Counted from the stretch's first letter, positions 12,265-22,717 are shown. The stretch: DNA of 64,000 bases from Noviherbaspirillum sp. (GCF_036563305.1 NZ_DATCMQ010000006.1:268233-332232), one strand, 5' to 3'. The notes: generated by a model not told the origin, from the letters alone. Numbers and translations: made by a program.

Positions 12265-13692
12265 GTGCCGGACAAGCAGTCCGCCTCCGTGCAGGAGGCA
12301 TTCGAACGCGCGCTGGGAGCAATCCTCGCGCGCGTTTCCGTTTCCGGTTCTGCTGACGCTTCAGACCGCGCCGCCGCCGACCGGCAGTCCGGCGGCCTGC
12401 CCGCCGTAGGCCTCGCCTACAGCGGCGGACTCGATTCCACCGTGCTGCTGCATCTCGCGTGTGCCTGGGCAGCCGGCACTGGCAGGCGCCTGCATGCCTT
12501 CCATGTACACCACGGTCTCAGCCCGCACGCCAATGCCTGGTTGCGGCACGCCGAACAGGAGTGCGCCCGCCTCGGGGTCCCGCTCCATGCGGCGCATGTC
12601 AACGTGGACAGCAATGGCGACGGCATCGAGCAGGGCGCGCGGAAGAGACGCTACGCGGCACTGGGCAGGCTGTGCCGGGAGCACGGGGTGCGCCTGCTGC
12701 TGACCGGGCACCATCTCGACGACCAGGCGGAGACCGTGCTGCTGCAGATGCTGCGCGGCGCCGGTGTGGCAGGTATCGCAGGCATGCAGGAATCGGTGGA
12801 GGCGCAGGGCCTGCTCGGGGTCGCCGGACTGCTGCTCGGTCGGCCGCTGCTCGGCGTGGCGCGCGAGGCATTGGAATCCTTTGCCCGCGAGATGCGGGTG
12901 GCCTGGGTCGACGACGAATCGAACGACGACCTGCGTTTTTCGCGCAATGCGCTGCGGCATGCGGTGATGCCTGCGCTGGCGGGGCATTTTCCAGGATTCC
13001 AGGAGCGCCTGGCGCGGGGCGCCGCACACGCCGGCTCGGCCCGGCGGCTGCTCAATGAAATCGCCGCGGAAGACCTCGCAAGCTGCGGCCGGGAGGATGG
13101 CAGCATTGACCTGGCCCGACTGCGCGGCAGTCCGGACCGTATCGCCAACCTGATGCGGCACTGGTTCACGGTGCACCAGGTGCGCATGCCAAGCACGGCC
13201 TGGCTGGACCAGATGCTGCGGCAGGCGCTGGGCGCACGGGAGGACGCGCAGGTGCGGGTCGTCCATCCCGATTGCGAAGTGCACCGTCACCGGAACCGCC
13301 TGTTCCTGATTCCGCGCATCGACGACGCCGCCCTGCGTGTCGCGCCGGCGACCTTTCGCTGGCAGCGGGAGGCGGCGCTGCCGTTCCCCGCATTTGGCGG
13401 CATCCTTCAGGTGCGGACTGCGGGGGAGGAGGATCGCAATTGGCTGGCGGCGCGGTCGCTGGAGCTGCGCTACCGCAGCGGCGGGGAAGTCCTGAAACCG
13501 GGGCCGAACAGGCCGAGCCGCAGTCTCAAGCACCACTACCAGGCCCTCGGCATCCCGGCATGGGAACGCCGCCGGCTCCCGCTCGTCCTCGCAGACGGCC
13601 GGCTACTGTATGCCGCAGGCATCGGGATGAATCACGCGGTCCTGCCGCCGGGCGCCGGCATCTCCTTCGAATGGGAGCGGGCGACGACCTGA
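12265..13692 (+). CDS. tilS: tRNA(Ile)-lysidine synthase
   Basis: PP-loop motif AYSGGLDSTVLL. Sits downstream of accA, the conserved accA-tilS order. GTG start. Confidence 0.9.
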   Translation: MPDKQSASVQEAFERALGAILARVSVSGSADASDRAAADRQSGGLPAVGLAYSGGLDSTVLLHLACAWAAGTGRRLHAFHVHHGLSPHANAWLRHAEQECARLGVPLHAAHVNVDSNGDGIEQGARKRRYAALGRLCREHGVRLLLTGHHLDDQAETVLLQMLRGAGVAGIAGMQESVEAQGLLGVAGLLLGRPLLGVAREALESFAREMRVAWVDDESNDDLRFSRNALRHAVMPALAGHFPGFQERLARGAAHAGSARRLLNEIAAEDLASCGREDGSIDLARLRGSPDRIANLMRHWFTVHQVRMPSTAWLDQMLRQALGAREDAQVRVVHPDCEVHRHRNRLFLIPRIDDAALRVAPATFRWQREAALPFPAFGGILQVRTAGEEDRNWLAARSLELRYRSGGEVLKPGPNRPSRSLKHHYQALGIPAWERRRLPLVLADGRLLYAAGIGMNHAVLPPGAGISFEWERATT

Positions 13693-13856
13693 GCCGTCCC
13701 GCGCGCAGCGCACGAACCCGGCCGTATTTTCTTCGTTTTTCCCGGCTTTTAACGGAATTTCTATGCCATTCGGCTTGCTTTCCTGTCTTGTGGCAGGTAA
13801 AGTAAAGGGTTGATTTTTATCATATTTCTCTTCCCTCCAACGCTTCATCCATCCCT

Positions 13857-15107
13857 ATGGCTTTAATCGTTCACAAGTACGGCGGCACATCGATGGGCTC
13901 GACCGAGCGTATCAAGAATGTCGCCAGGCGCGTCGCCAAATGGCACGATGCCGGACACCAGATCGTCGTCGTGCCGTCGGCCATGTCCGGCGAAACCAAT
14001 CGCCTGATCGCGCTGGCCAAGGAAGTCATGCCGCAGCCCGATCCGCGCGAACTCGACATGCTGGCGTCCACCGGCGAGCAGGTGTCGGTGGCGCTGCTGT
14101 CGATGGCGCTGCAGTCCATCGGCAAGCAGGCGGTCTCGTATGCCGGCTGGCAGGTGGCGATCAAGACTGATTCCGCCTTCACGAAGGCGCGCATCCAGTC
14201 GATCGACGACGAGCGCGTGCGCAAGGACCTGGCGGCCGGCCGGATCGTCATCATCACCGGTTTCCAGGGCGTGGACGATGCAGGCAACATCACGACGCTG
14301 GGTCGCGGCGGATCCGATACCTCGGCCGTCGCCGTGGCTGCCGCGCTGAAGGCGCAGGAGTGCCTGATCTATACCGACGTGGACGGCGTCTACACGACCG
14401 ATCCGCGCGTGGTCTCCGAGGCCCGCCGCCTGCGTACGGTGACCTTCGAGGAAATGCTCGAACTGGCGTCGCTCGGTTCGAAGGTCCTGCAGATCCGCTC
14501 GGTGGAATTCGCCGGCAACTACAAGGTGCCGACGCGGGTGCTGTCGTCGCTCACCGACCCGCTGATACCGCTGGAAGAGGAAGCGACTTCCGGCACCCTG
14601 ATTTCGTTTGAGGAAGACACACACATGGAACAAGCTGTCATTTCGGGTATCGCATTCAACCGCGACGAAGCCAAGATCACCGTCCTGGGCGTGCCCGACA
14701 AACCCGGCATCGCGTACCAGATCCTCGGCCCGGTCGCCGATGCCAATGTCGAGGTCGACATGATCATCCAGAACCAGTCGGTGGAAGGCAAGACCGACTT
14801 CACCTTCACCGTCGCGCGCGGCGAGTATGCGAAGGCGATGGATGTGCTCAACAAGAGCGTCAAGGAACACATCGGTGCAGCCAGCATCGTCGGCGACACC
14901 AAGGTCTCGAAGGTGTCGGTGGTCGGCGTCGGCATGCGCAGCCACGTCGGTATCGCATCGCAGATGTTCCGCACCTTGTCGGAAGAGGGCATCAACATCC
15001 AGATGATCTCGACTTCGGAAATCAAGATCTCGGTGCTGATCGACGAGAAGTACATGGAGCTGGCGGTGCGCGCGCTGCACAAGGCATTCGACCTCGAGAA
15101 GGCTTGA
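13857..15107 (+). CDS. lysC: Aspartate kinase
   Basis: Starts MALIVHKYGGTSMGS. Amino-acid kinase domain (LGRGGSDTSA) plus two C-terminal ACT domains. Confidence 0.95.
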   Translation: MALIVHKYGGTSMGSTERIKNVARRVAKWHDAGHQIVVVPSAMSGETNRLIALAKEVMPQPDPRELDMLASTGEQVSVALLSMALQSIGKQAVSYAGWQVAIKTDSAFTKARIQSIDDERVRKDLAAGRIVIITGFQGVDDAGNITTLGRGGSDTSAVAVAAALKAQECLIYTDVDGVYTTDPRVVSEARRLRTVTFEEMLELASLGSKVLQIRSVEFAGNYKVPTRVLSSLTDPLIPLEEEATSGTLISFEEDTHMEQAVISGIAFNRDEAKITVLGVPDKPGIAYQILGPVADANVEVDMIIQNQSVEGKTDFTFTVARGEYAKAMDVLNKSVKEHIGAASIVGDTKVSKVSVVGVGMRSHVGIASQMFRTLSEEGINIQMISTSEIKISVLIDEKYMELAVRALHKAFDLEKA

Positions 15108-15207
15108 GCGAACGCATCTCCCTGCATTGTTTCATTGACCAAGTGCGCATGAGCAGCTATCATGCGGGACTTCACTGAGGCGACGTACTGCGTCATTTCA
15201 GTGGTGT

Positions 15208-15301
15208 GGAGACGTGGCCGAGAGGTCGAAGGCACTTCCCTGCTAAGGAAGCATATGGGCTTAAACCTGTATCGAGGGTTCGAATCCCTCCGTCTCCGCC
15301 A
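15208..15301 (+). tRNA. tRNA-Ser (anticodon GCU)
   Basis: Sequence GGAGACGTGGCCGAGAGGTCGAAGGCACTTCCCTGCTAAGGAAGC...GAGGGTTCGAATCCCTCCGTCTCCGCCA. Acceptor stem is GGAGACG/CGTCTCC, anticodon loop is CTGCTAA, there is a long variable arm, and CCA is encoded. Confidence 0.95.
15285..15301 (+). repeat. attL core (3' end of tRNA-Ser)
   Basis: tccctccgtctccgcca is identical to 55668-55684. Confidence 0.85.
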
Positions 15302-15333
15302 GTAATTCTGTAATTGGCGATAAGTCATTGAGT

Positions 15334-15364
15334 AAAAGGCCCTTTTCGGGGCCTTTTTCTTTTT
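15334..15364 (+). terminator. Rho-independent terminator just downstream of tRNA-Ser, supplied by the island
   Basis: aaaaggccc-ttttc-ggggcc hairpin followed by tttttcttttt. Confidence 0.6.
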
Positions 15365-15429
15365 CCGTGCTACCCCAAGCCCCTCGACGGTGCTACCCGG
15401 AGTCAGACCGGTAGTAGTGCGTTCGAAGA

Positions 15430-15451
15430 ATCTTCGAAAAATCTTCGAAAA
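15430..15451 (+). repeat. Tandem 11-bp repeat (atcttcgaaaa x2) upstream of the first integrase
   Basis: Two exact adjacent copies, preceded by a related ttcgaagaa. Each copy contains a palindromic ttcgaa. Confidence 0.6.
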
Positions 15452-15503
15452 AGGCTAAACCGTCTCGCTGTACTCCGTTCATTCACTGTTCAGGAGTACT
15501 GGT

Positions 15504-17240
15504 ATGACCAAGCACGCATCAATCCGAACCCGTCGGTCCTCAGACCGTTCGTCCGCACCACCGCAAGCCCCTTTGAGTGCTCCCGGTGCAGCATTTCCCA
15601 AGTACCTGACGCAGCGGTCGAACGGCGTCTACTACTTCAAGCGGAAGGTACCCGCGGACCTTGTTCCAGGGGTTGGTAATCAAGCACAAATATGGAAGTC
15701 CCTAGAAACGACGGATTTCAACCAGGCTTGTCGCCGCTTGGCGAGAGAAATTGCCGCGTTCGAGCTACGTATAGCTACCGTCCGTATGCGGATGGTGAAC
15801 GATGGCATTCCGGTCGCTGTGGCATCGACACTTCCGGAGCTGAGGGAGGACCAAATTCCGGGCTTGGTGCAGCGCTATTACGTGCATATGCTGACCCGTG
15901 ATGACGAGGAGTTAAGTGCCATGCGACCAATTGTCATGGCCGACATCAATCAGCGCAAAGCGGACCTCGACGAGGCCCTCGACTACTACAAACTAGCATT
16001 CACTTTCGGCGACAATCTTGTGGTGGAAGAGACTGTAGAGCAGCTCCTGGCGGGTGAGGGGGTGTCTGCGCCAAAAGGCTCGCCAATATACAAGTTGCTT
16101 TGCCAAAAACTGTTAGCGACCGAAGTCGATATCCTGAATGAGCAGCGCGCCCGCCTAGACGGCAAGAAGCAGCTGACCCCAGAGGCGTCAATCCCGGTCC
16201 GTCTGCAGCCCACGTTGACGGATTACCTGGCTGTCTGGAAAAGCGCTAGGGCCAGACCACGGAAAACACTCGATACCGCGCTCTTCATGGTTCGGCGTTG
16301 GAACGAGGTTATGGGTGAGAGGCCTGCCACAGACATCACCCGCACCGATGTGAAGCTGTTTCGGGACAAGCTCCTGGCCACTGGTCGGTCGACAACAACC
16401 ATAAAAAACCGCCTTGGTCTGCTGCATGCGGTCGTCAGCGCGTATCACGAAGAACACGACATGGAAGGCGCAAGCAACCCATTTCACAAGATTCCCGTCC
16501 AGGACAACGGGCAACGCCTTCGACGCGCTAAGAAGCGCCGTGCTTTCGAAATGTCGGAGCTGAATCGGATTTACAAAAGTCCTGTTTTTACAGATAAAAA
16601 GTTGCCGAAGGGGCAGTGTGTTGAAGCAGCGTACTGGGTACCCCTGATGGGTCCTTTCGTCGGTGCTCGTATTGAAGAGCTTGCACAGATGCGCTTGGCG
16701 GACATTGAAATCATCAACGGGGTTTGGGTTCTTCGCATCTGCAATCTCGATGTCGAGACCCAAGCGTTAAAAAACGATAACAGTTTTCGCCGTGTACCGA
16801 TTCACACAGAACTTATTAAGCTCGGTTTCTTGCGCTACGTATGTGCACTGAAACGTTCTGGTGCCGAACGGCTATTTCCATCTTTGCGCAGCGACAACAA
16901 GTATGGCATCTGGTCGAACGCTCTGGGGAAATGGTGGGGCATGTTCTTGGGCCGAGAGGGCTTGACGTCTCCCCAAGTCGATTACCACTCGTTCCGATAT
17001 AACTTCCGCCAACGCCTTGGCCAGTGTGGAGCAATGCCAGAAGTGCGGGACGCGCTTACTGGTCATTGGCTCGGCAAAGACAGTTCTGGAGGCGTGTATT
17101 TGAAAGACGCGAACCTTCAGTACGACTTTGCCGCCCTGTGTGACGCTATCAAGCACCTGCGGTATGACGAGCTCAATCTTTCGCACCTGTACGTTGATGA
17201 CCCATGGGACCAAGTGGATGCGGCGTTGTTCGTTGGCTAA
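15504..17240 (+). CDS. Tyrosine-type site-specific recombinase/integrase (DUF6538-type N-terminus)
   Basis: 578 aa. The N-terminal NGVYYFKRKVPADL pattern is typical of this integrase class. The C-terminal catalytic region contains HSFRYNFRQRL and GHW motifs. It lies adjacent to attL at the tRNA. Confidence 0.85.
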   Translation: MTKHASIRTRRSSDRSSAPPQAPLSAPGAAFPKYLTQRSNGVYYFKRKVPADLVPGVGNQAQIWKSLETTDFNQACRRLAREIAAFELRIATVRMRMVNDGIPVAVASTLPELREDQIPGLVQRYYVHMLTRDDEELSAMRPIVMADINQRKADLDEALDYYKLAFTFGDNLVVEETVEQLLAGEGVSAPKGSPIYKLLCQKLLATEVDILNEQRARLDGKKQLTPEASIPVRLQPTLTDYLAVWKSARARPRKTLDTALFMVRRWNEVMGERPATDITRTDVKLFRDKLLATGRSTTTIKNRLGLLHAVVSAYHEEHDMEGASNPFHKIPVQDNGQRLRRAKKRRAFEMSELNRIYKSPVFTDKKLPKGQCVEAAYWVPLMGPFVGARIEELAQMRLADIEIINGVWVLRICNLDVETQALKNDNSFRRVPIHTELIKLGFLRYVCALKRSGAERLFPSLRSDNKYGIWSNALGKWWGMFLGREGLTSPQVDYHSFRYNFRQRLGQCGAMPEVRDALTGHWLGKDSSGGVYLKDANLQYDFAALCDAIKHLRYDELNLSHLYVDDPWDQVDAALFVG

Positions 17241-17673
17241 TGACACCGAATATTATCATGTTAGCAATATTAGTTGTTTAGGCCGTTCTATCAGAAGGCT
17301 GCTGGCGCAATCGCCCGCAGCTTTTTGCATCTCAGCCTCCAGTCATCGATGCAATTTTCCTCAGGTTTCGTGCGTCACTGGACTTTGGTCTGTCTCTAAG
17401 TTTCACCCCGCACTCTCCTTGGCGGACGATGCGCGTGTTCTGGGCCCATCGGTTCTGCAAGGTACGTCCTGCCATTTCGCTCCTGAAAACCTCGGGGCAG
17501 TTTTCGGCGCAAATAAAGTACCTCGCTATACGGCTTCGCGAGTCTACTCAGTACCTCGCGGAAAGCGGAAAAATCAGCGAAATGCAATCTAATGAAAACG
17601 ACAGCATTGTTCTTACCAAGCAAGTGTCGTGTATAGTTATAACAAATCCCAAACAAATCAATGAGTTAGGGAA

Positions 17674-19620
17674 ATGTTTCATTCGTTGACGCCGGTCTCG
17701 ATTAATGACTCGTCTCGAGCCTCTCCGCCGCCGCGTGGTCGGAAAAAACGAATGAACAATTACCCTCTGACCTACGGCCGGCTAGGCGAAGCAATGGCCG
17801 CAAAACTACAAACCGAAAAGCGTTCCAACCACAGCTTGGATAACCTCAACGCCGCGTTACGCAGCTTCTGCAAAGAAATTGGCCTATGCGAAAGCGATGT
17901 TATCGGCTCCGAACTACGACAGTCGTATTACCAGGCGCTGGCTTCCCATATAGATGGGCTCACCTCGCTCGGGCGAAGCAAGGCCTATATTGCGAACCGG
18001 AAATCGTACTTGGCGAACTGGCACAGTCTGGTACTCGAGTTGGACAAACAGGCCGCGGCTGCGCTCGGGACCAAGACGCCATTCCAATCAGCACTTGGGG
18101 AGCTAGTCGAGACCGCCGGCTCACAACGCGCACTTGGGCGCGAAGCTGGAGTCTCTGTCGCTTCAATCAAACGCTGGCTCGGCGGTGCACGTCCGGGGGC
18201 GCGGACGGTATCCAGTATTCGCCGGATTGAGCGATTGTTTGGACTGGCTGATGGTACGCTAGTTGAACTAGCATTTTCCGGCAAGCCACGTTACACGACC
18301 CTGCGAGCGCCGCACGCGCCTATCGCGTATCGGGAAAGACTCAAAAACCAAACGAAGAAGACATACCTTATTGCAGACGTGACGCCGCGCTTGCGCGCGC
18401 AGTGGGAAGAGTTCTGCCTTTACAAGACGTCGATTCGGTCCACAATGAAAGCGCGTAATCGCGCAGGTAAGTGGCGCATCACGGAGTCACAATGCCGTCC
18501 TGACCCCGAGAAAGCTTGGTACGCCTTCGTCAATGGGCGATATGTGCCTACTGCGGGTATCACTTGGGGCAAAGTAGCTGCTTATCTGGGCTGGCTGCAA
18601 TTGTCGCGCAGTGACGGTGGCATGCAGATACCACCTGAACAGGCGCAAAGCCTCGGCTGGCTAGTGCGCGACGACTTGATTGAACAGTACCTAACTTGGA
18701 AGATTCGCCGGGCGGGAGGCATTGTTCATTCCGGCATCGCGGAATTTCCACGGCTTGTGCGAGGCTTGGTGCATCCTACGACGGGCTACTTGAAATTGAC
18801 TCCTTCAATAGGAGCGGAGCCGTCGGGTCACGGGAGCCAGACCTGGACCGAACAATGCGAGCGCTGCTTCAATGGTATGCGCGAGCTCCAGCAGCACTAT
18901 GATGAGCAGGCGCAAGCATCACGTGATTCGTTCGAACCTATCCAGGCGGTCCTGTCGTTGGCAAACCCACTCGAGGCGGTCGCCGATATGACCTTCCGGA
19001 TGCAAGCTGACCGTCCATTGACGAACGGGACCCAAGAAGCCATTTGGGCGCGTGACTTGGCCTTGATTAAGCTGCTGATGTCAAATCCGCTGCGCATTAA
19101 GAACTTGCAGGAGCTGACTTGGAGACCCGATAACACGGGTCAGCTGCATCAGCGTGTGGACGGCAGCTGGCATATCAGGATTGAACGCAAGTTCTTTAAA
19201 AACCATCGTGGAGCTGCGCGTGACCGCGATTACGATAATCCGGTAGACCCAGCAGTGTGGCCAACGTTGCAGCAGTATTTGTCGATTCACCGTCCACGGC
19301 TCCTAGGCGGTCGGCATACGGATTTTGCGTTCGTTTCACAGGAGACCGAGTCCGACCGCGGCCCGTGGCTTAGCATGAGCCGGCGAGTGTTTATTCTCAC
19401 CGCGAGGTACCTGTGGGGCTGCCCTGGTGTTGGTTCTCACGCATTCCGTCATATCGTGGCCACTGCAATCCTGAAGGCTAGTCCGAACGACTGGCAAACG
19501 GCCGCGCTGGTACTCCATGACCGGATAGAAACCGTCCAAAAGCACTATGCGCACCTGCGAACTGCAGACGGTACACGCCGATTACATAGTCTTTTCGAAC
19601 AGACGTTTGCGCGTGCATAG
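17674..19620 (+). CDS. Second tyrosine-type recombinase (phage integrase family)
   Basis: 648 aa. C-terminal catalytic motifs HAFRHIVATAILK and LVLHDRIETVQKHYAHL are present. The start may be the ATG at 17752 (MNNYPL). Confidence 0.8.
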   Translation: MFHSLTPVSINDSSRASPPPRGRKKRMNNYPLTYGRLGEAMAAKLQTEKRSNHSLDNLNAALRSFCKEIGLCESDVIGSELRQSYYQALASHIDGLTSLGRSKAYIANRKSYLANWHSLVLELDKQAAAALGTKTPFQSALGELVETAGSQRALGREAGVSVASIKRWLGGARPGARTVSSIRRIERLFGLADGTLVELAFSGKPRYTTLRAPHAPIAYRERLKNQTKKTYLIADVTPRLRAQWEEFCLYKTSIRSTMKARNRAGKWRITESQCRPDPEKAWYAFVNGRYVPTAGITWGKVAAYLGWLQLSRSDGGMQIPPEQAQSLGWLVRDDLIEQYLTWKIRRAGGIVHSGIAEFPRLVRGLVHPTTGYLKLTPSIGAEPSGHGSQTWTEQCERCFNGMRELQQHYDEQAQASRDSFEPIQAVLSLANPLEAVADMTFRMQADRPLTNGTQEAIWARDLALIKLLMSNPLRIKNLQELTWRPDNTGQLHQRVDGSWHIRIERKFFKNHRGAARDRDYDNPVDPAVWPTLQQYLSIHRPRLLGGRHTDFAFVSQETESDRGPWLSMSRRVFILTARYLWGCPGVGSHAFRHIVATAILKASPNDWQTAALVLHDRIETVQKHYAHLRTADGTRRLHSLFEQTFARA

Positions 19621-19823
19621 TGGGTGGGCAGTTGAAGACATATCGGGCCGTATAGGCCCGATATCGGTCACGAGCGTCGTCTATGCGGGACGATTGGGTA
19701 GGGCTCGCTGCGCTGGTTCGAGGGTCATCCATTTGAGCCCACGCGTCTCCAGCACGTAGACGTAATCCTATCGCAGGGTTAGACTTGGTAAATATTTACA
19801 AATAACAATAAATCGGAGTGACC

Positions 19824-20738
19824 ATGCATAAAGACCTGCCGCCGTACTTCCATATCACGACCAAAGCGCGCCTGGAGAAGTCGATTAACTCTCTACTCGG
19901 AATTGTCGAAGGCATCTGCGCAGATGCAAAAATCAATCCGACAGAGATTGGCTTCCTTCGTAGCTGGGTCGGCGAGCATCTGGCAGTAGCGGGTAAGCAT
20001 CCTTTCAATGAACTGGTCCCAGTTGTCATGCGAGCCCTTGAGGACGGTGTCCTTTCTGCGGAGGAGCAACAGGACATTGTCTGGCTCTGCGAACGCCTGC
20101 GTAGCAATTCCTACTTCGACCTCATCACGGCGGACATGCAGCGTCTGCACGCACTCGTCGGCGCCATTGCCGCGGATGGTGAGGTCACCGAGGAAGAGCT
20201 CCGCGGCCTATCTTCCTGGTTGGCGGAACACGACCACCTGAAGACTTGCTGGCCGTATGACGAAATTGACAGTCTCGTAACCAAGGTTCTTTCGGACGGT
20301 CGTATTGACGACGAGGAGCACCGTCTTATCCAGGGATTCTTCGCGGAGTTTGTCGCACTTTACGACGACCGGACAATCGCCTCTCCTCTCGTGGCGGAGA
20401 ACGCGCTTCTGACTGGCCTTTGTGCAGTGTGCCCTGAAATCTCGTTTTCTGACTCGACTTTCTGCTTCAGCGGTGAGTCGTCGAAGCACAGCCGTAGTGA
20501 GCTTTCCGGCCTCGTGCAAGGACTTGGTGGCAAGGTTGTGAGTGGCGTAAGCGGCAAGCTCAACTATCTGGTTATCGGCGCCGATGGCAATCCCTGCTGG
20601 GCGTACGCGTGCTACGGACGCAAAGTCGAAAAGGCGGTGGAGCTTCGGAAGCAGGGTAAGCGCATCGTACTCGTTCATGAGCACGATTTTCACGACGCTG
20701 TAGCAGACGCAAGAACTGGCCTCGACGGGACCTACTAG
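19824..20738 (+). CDS. TerB-like repeats fused to a C-terminal BRCT domain
   Basis: Two internally similar segments (GVLSAEEQQDIVWL / GEVTEEELRGLSSWL / GRIDDEEHRLIQGFF) look like TerB-type helical modules. The C-terminal FCFSGESSKHSRSELSGLVQGLGGKVVSGVSGKLNYLVIG resembles a ligase-type BRCT. ATG at 19824 has a GGAG upstream. Confidence 0.6.
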   Translation: MHKDLPPYFHITTKARLEKSINSLLGIVEGICADAKINPTEIGFLRSWVGEHLAVAGKHPFNELVPVVMRALEDGVLSAEEQQDIVWLCERLRSNSYFDLITADMQRLHALVGAIAADGEVTEEELRGLSSWLAEHDHLKTCWPYDEIDSLVTKVLSDGRIDDEEHRLIQGFFAEFVALYDDRTIASPLVAENALLTGLCAVCPEISFSDSTFCFSGESSKHSRSELSGLVQGLGGKVVSGVSGKLNYLVIGADGNPCWAYACYGRKVEKAVELRKQGKRIVLVHEHDFHDAVADARTGLDGTY

Positions 20739-20764
20739 GCAACAGCAGAACAGATTGAACGGTT

Positions 20765-21082
20765 ATGACTCACTACACTGACGCCGATGCATTTCTCGAC
20801 ACCCTCGCAGCGGCCATCGAATCCGGAGACTATCGGAAGTCCACCTTCCACAGGGCCTTGAACTCCACCGAATGGGCACGTTTAGTGGCAGAACTTGCGG
20901 ACAGAAGCACACCTGTGAAACAGAGCCAGCTTCGCGCGTTTCAATTCATCGGAATCCTTGCCAATGGCGAGAGCAAGGAACCGTACACCTACGCCAATCT
21001 TTCTTGGGGCATCAAGGCGAGGCTTGAACTAGTCGCGTTCGCCCGTGAGCATGTGCATGGCTTCCTCGCGCCAAAGCACTGA
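20765..21082 (+). CDS. Hypothetical protein (105 aa)
   Basis: ORF co-directional with the TerB-BRCT gene and 27 nt downstream of it. I recognise no motif. Confidence 0.5.
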   Translation: MTHYTDADAFLDTLAAAIESGDYRKSTFHRALNSTEWARLVAELADRSTPVKQSQLRAFQFIGILANGESKEPYTYANLSWGIKARLELVAFAREHVHGFLAPKH

Positions 21083-21188
21083 CCGGTACCTCGATTGCCC
21101 ATTCTTCGAAGATGTCCCCCGCAAACCGCTAGTCGACGAAGGTAATTGCAGCTCAATTGAGGCAGATGCCTAACGGAAATCGAGTAAT

Positions 21189-22067
21189 GTGATGAAAGCA
21201 GAAAAGAACATTGTCCAAGTGAAGTCTGAAGCTGCAGGTGAACTGGTCATCGAGACTCCGGGAGGAAAAGAAGAAACCTACTACCTAAACCCGGTGCGGA
21301 CCATGCGTTTAGATGTCGAGCAGCTTCAGGTGTACCGTGGCGGTGACCGAATGCATTTACTCAACCAGGACCTCCCGACTCCACCGGAGCTGTCGCTCTA
21401 TGTGCTCGGTACAGCGTCGCTCGAAGGTAGGTCGATTTCCGTAATTGGCGAGCCAGATAACAAAGCTCGCAGGCTTAAAATTGCCTTTCGAGCGCTGGAC
21501 GAAGAGGGGCGCAAACGACGCGAAGAGTGGTCAAGGAAGCATGACAAGCCGGTCCGCTTCACTGGCGCTACCGTAGGATTCCTACGCAGTGATTGGGAGA
21601 TTGGTAATGATGACGAATGGTTTGTGGAGTGTGAGGTTTCGTCCGAAATGCTCGATGAAATTGTCTCCGCCGTCTCTTCCAAATCCTTACGTGGGATGTC
21701 GATAGGTCTCACATTAAAGGGCATTTACGCCGACGAAAACTGGGCGCCGCCGTCCGCAAGAACAAATTGGTATCTTAGGCCAAATCGAGAAGACAACGCC
21801 GTCGACAGTCCCGAGATGGCCCACGGGAAGGTCACTTCCATTAATTTGTCGTTAGCCGACGCTAACCTGCGTCCGCAACAAGAAAACGACGACGGCGCAG
21901 AGCTTCCAGCGGAAGACAAGCCTGAGCTTCTGACATCTGCGGTAGAGCCAAGTGTTAACGTCTCAAACATTAATGCGCTCGCGGCGAATATCGAGAAGCT
22001 TCGAGTGACGTTGAAATGGGTTGGCGGCTTTATTGCATTTTTCCTGATGATTCTTGCGTTCAAGTAG
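21189..22067 (+). CDS. Hypothetical protein with a C-terminal transmembrane anchor (292 aa)
   Basis: ORF with a hydrophobic tail (WVGGFIAFFLMILAF). I recognise no catalytic motif. Confidence 0.55.
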   Translation: MMKAEKNIVQVKSEAAGELVIETPGGKEETYYLNPVRTMRLDVEQLQVYRGGDRMHLLNQDLPTPPELSLYVLGTASLEGRSISVIGEPDNKARRLKIAFRALDEEGRKRREEWSRKHDKPVRFTGATVGFLRSDWEIGNDDEWFVECEVSSEMLDEIVSAVSSKSLRGMSIGLTLKGIYADENWAPPSARTNWYLRPNREDNAVDSPEMAHGKVTSINLSLADANLRPQQENDDGAELPAEDKPELLTSAVEPSVNVSNINALAANIEKLRVTLKWVGGFIAFFLMILAFK

Positions 22068-22717
22068 AAAGCCACGGTCATCTGGCACCTTCTACTTTCT
22101 GCCTGTACAAGTCAGGCTGGGGAAGTAGCAAGAGGACCAATTGAAAGGCCTGCTGTCTGACAGAAAAGACCGGAGGCTTTTTATGCGGGCGCCAAACAGT
22201 CAGTGACAATACGTGTCAAGGACACAGCCGTTGCTGCTCATTGTCGTTGGAACGGCAATTGTCGTTTTTACGACAACGAACGCCAACGAGTATCGCGTTG
22301 AATGACCTTGTGCCCTAATTTCACTCAGGAGGGAAATTCTTATAAGAATTATGTACTTGGCGTTTTATCTCACGGTTATTCACAGTCATGTACATAAAAT
22401 CTGTGAATATCTTGCACCAGAAGCAAGGAGTGGTGGGGCGAACTTAGGATGTCAATGCTCGTCTAGCGTGCAAGCAGAGGGAGTGGATGCAGCTCGAGAG
22501 TGCTGACAATGATGCTTGCCGCCCTTGGTATCTTTGGTAACGGTTCTGGATGGCCAGACATCGTCTGGCGTCAATAATTATAGGAATTCTTGGCCTTGCC
22601 GCCGCCAAGAGCGTTATTACCCAAGCTTGGACTGAAATGGTTTCCAAGCCAGCCATCCAAGTCGTCACTCTTTCAAGGTAAAAAAATGGACTGGTTGCTT
22701 CTTGCCCTGCTATTCCT

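Noticed and set aside
13693-13856. Possible lysine riboswitch or leader upstream of lysC.
   Set aside because: The 160-nt spacer is AT-rich, but I could not find the conserved L-box core elements or convincing nested helices by eye. A covariance-model scan would be needed.
17241-17673. Possible excisionase/AlpA-type small gene between the two integrases (ORFs 17396-17656 minus and 17429-17689 plus).
   Set aside because: Neither translation shows an HTH or an Xis-like pattern, and the two ORFs overlap antisense to each other. The evidence is insufficient.
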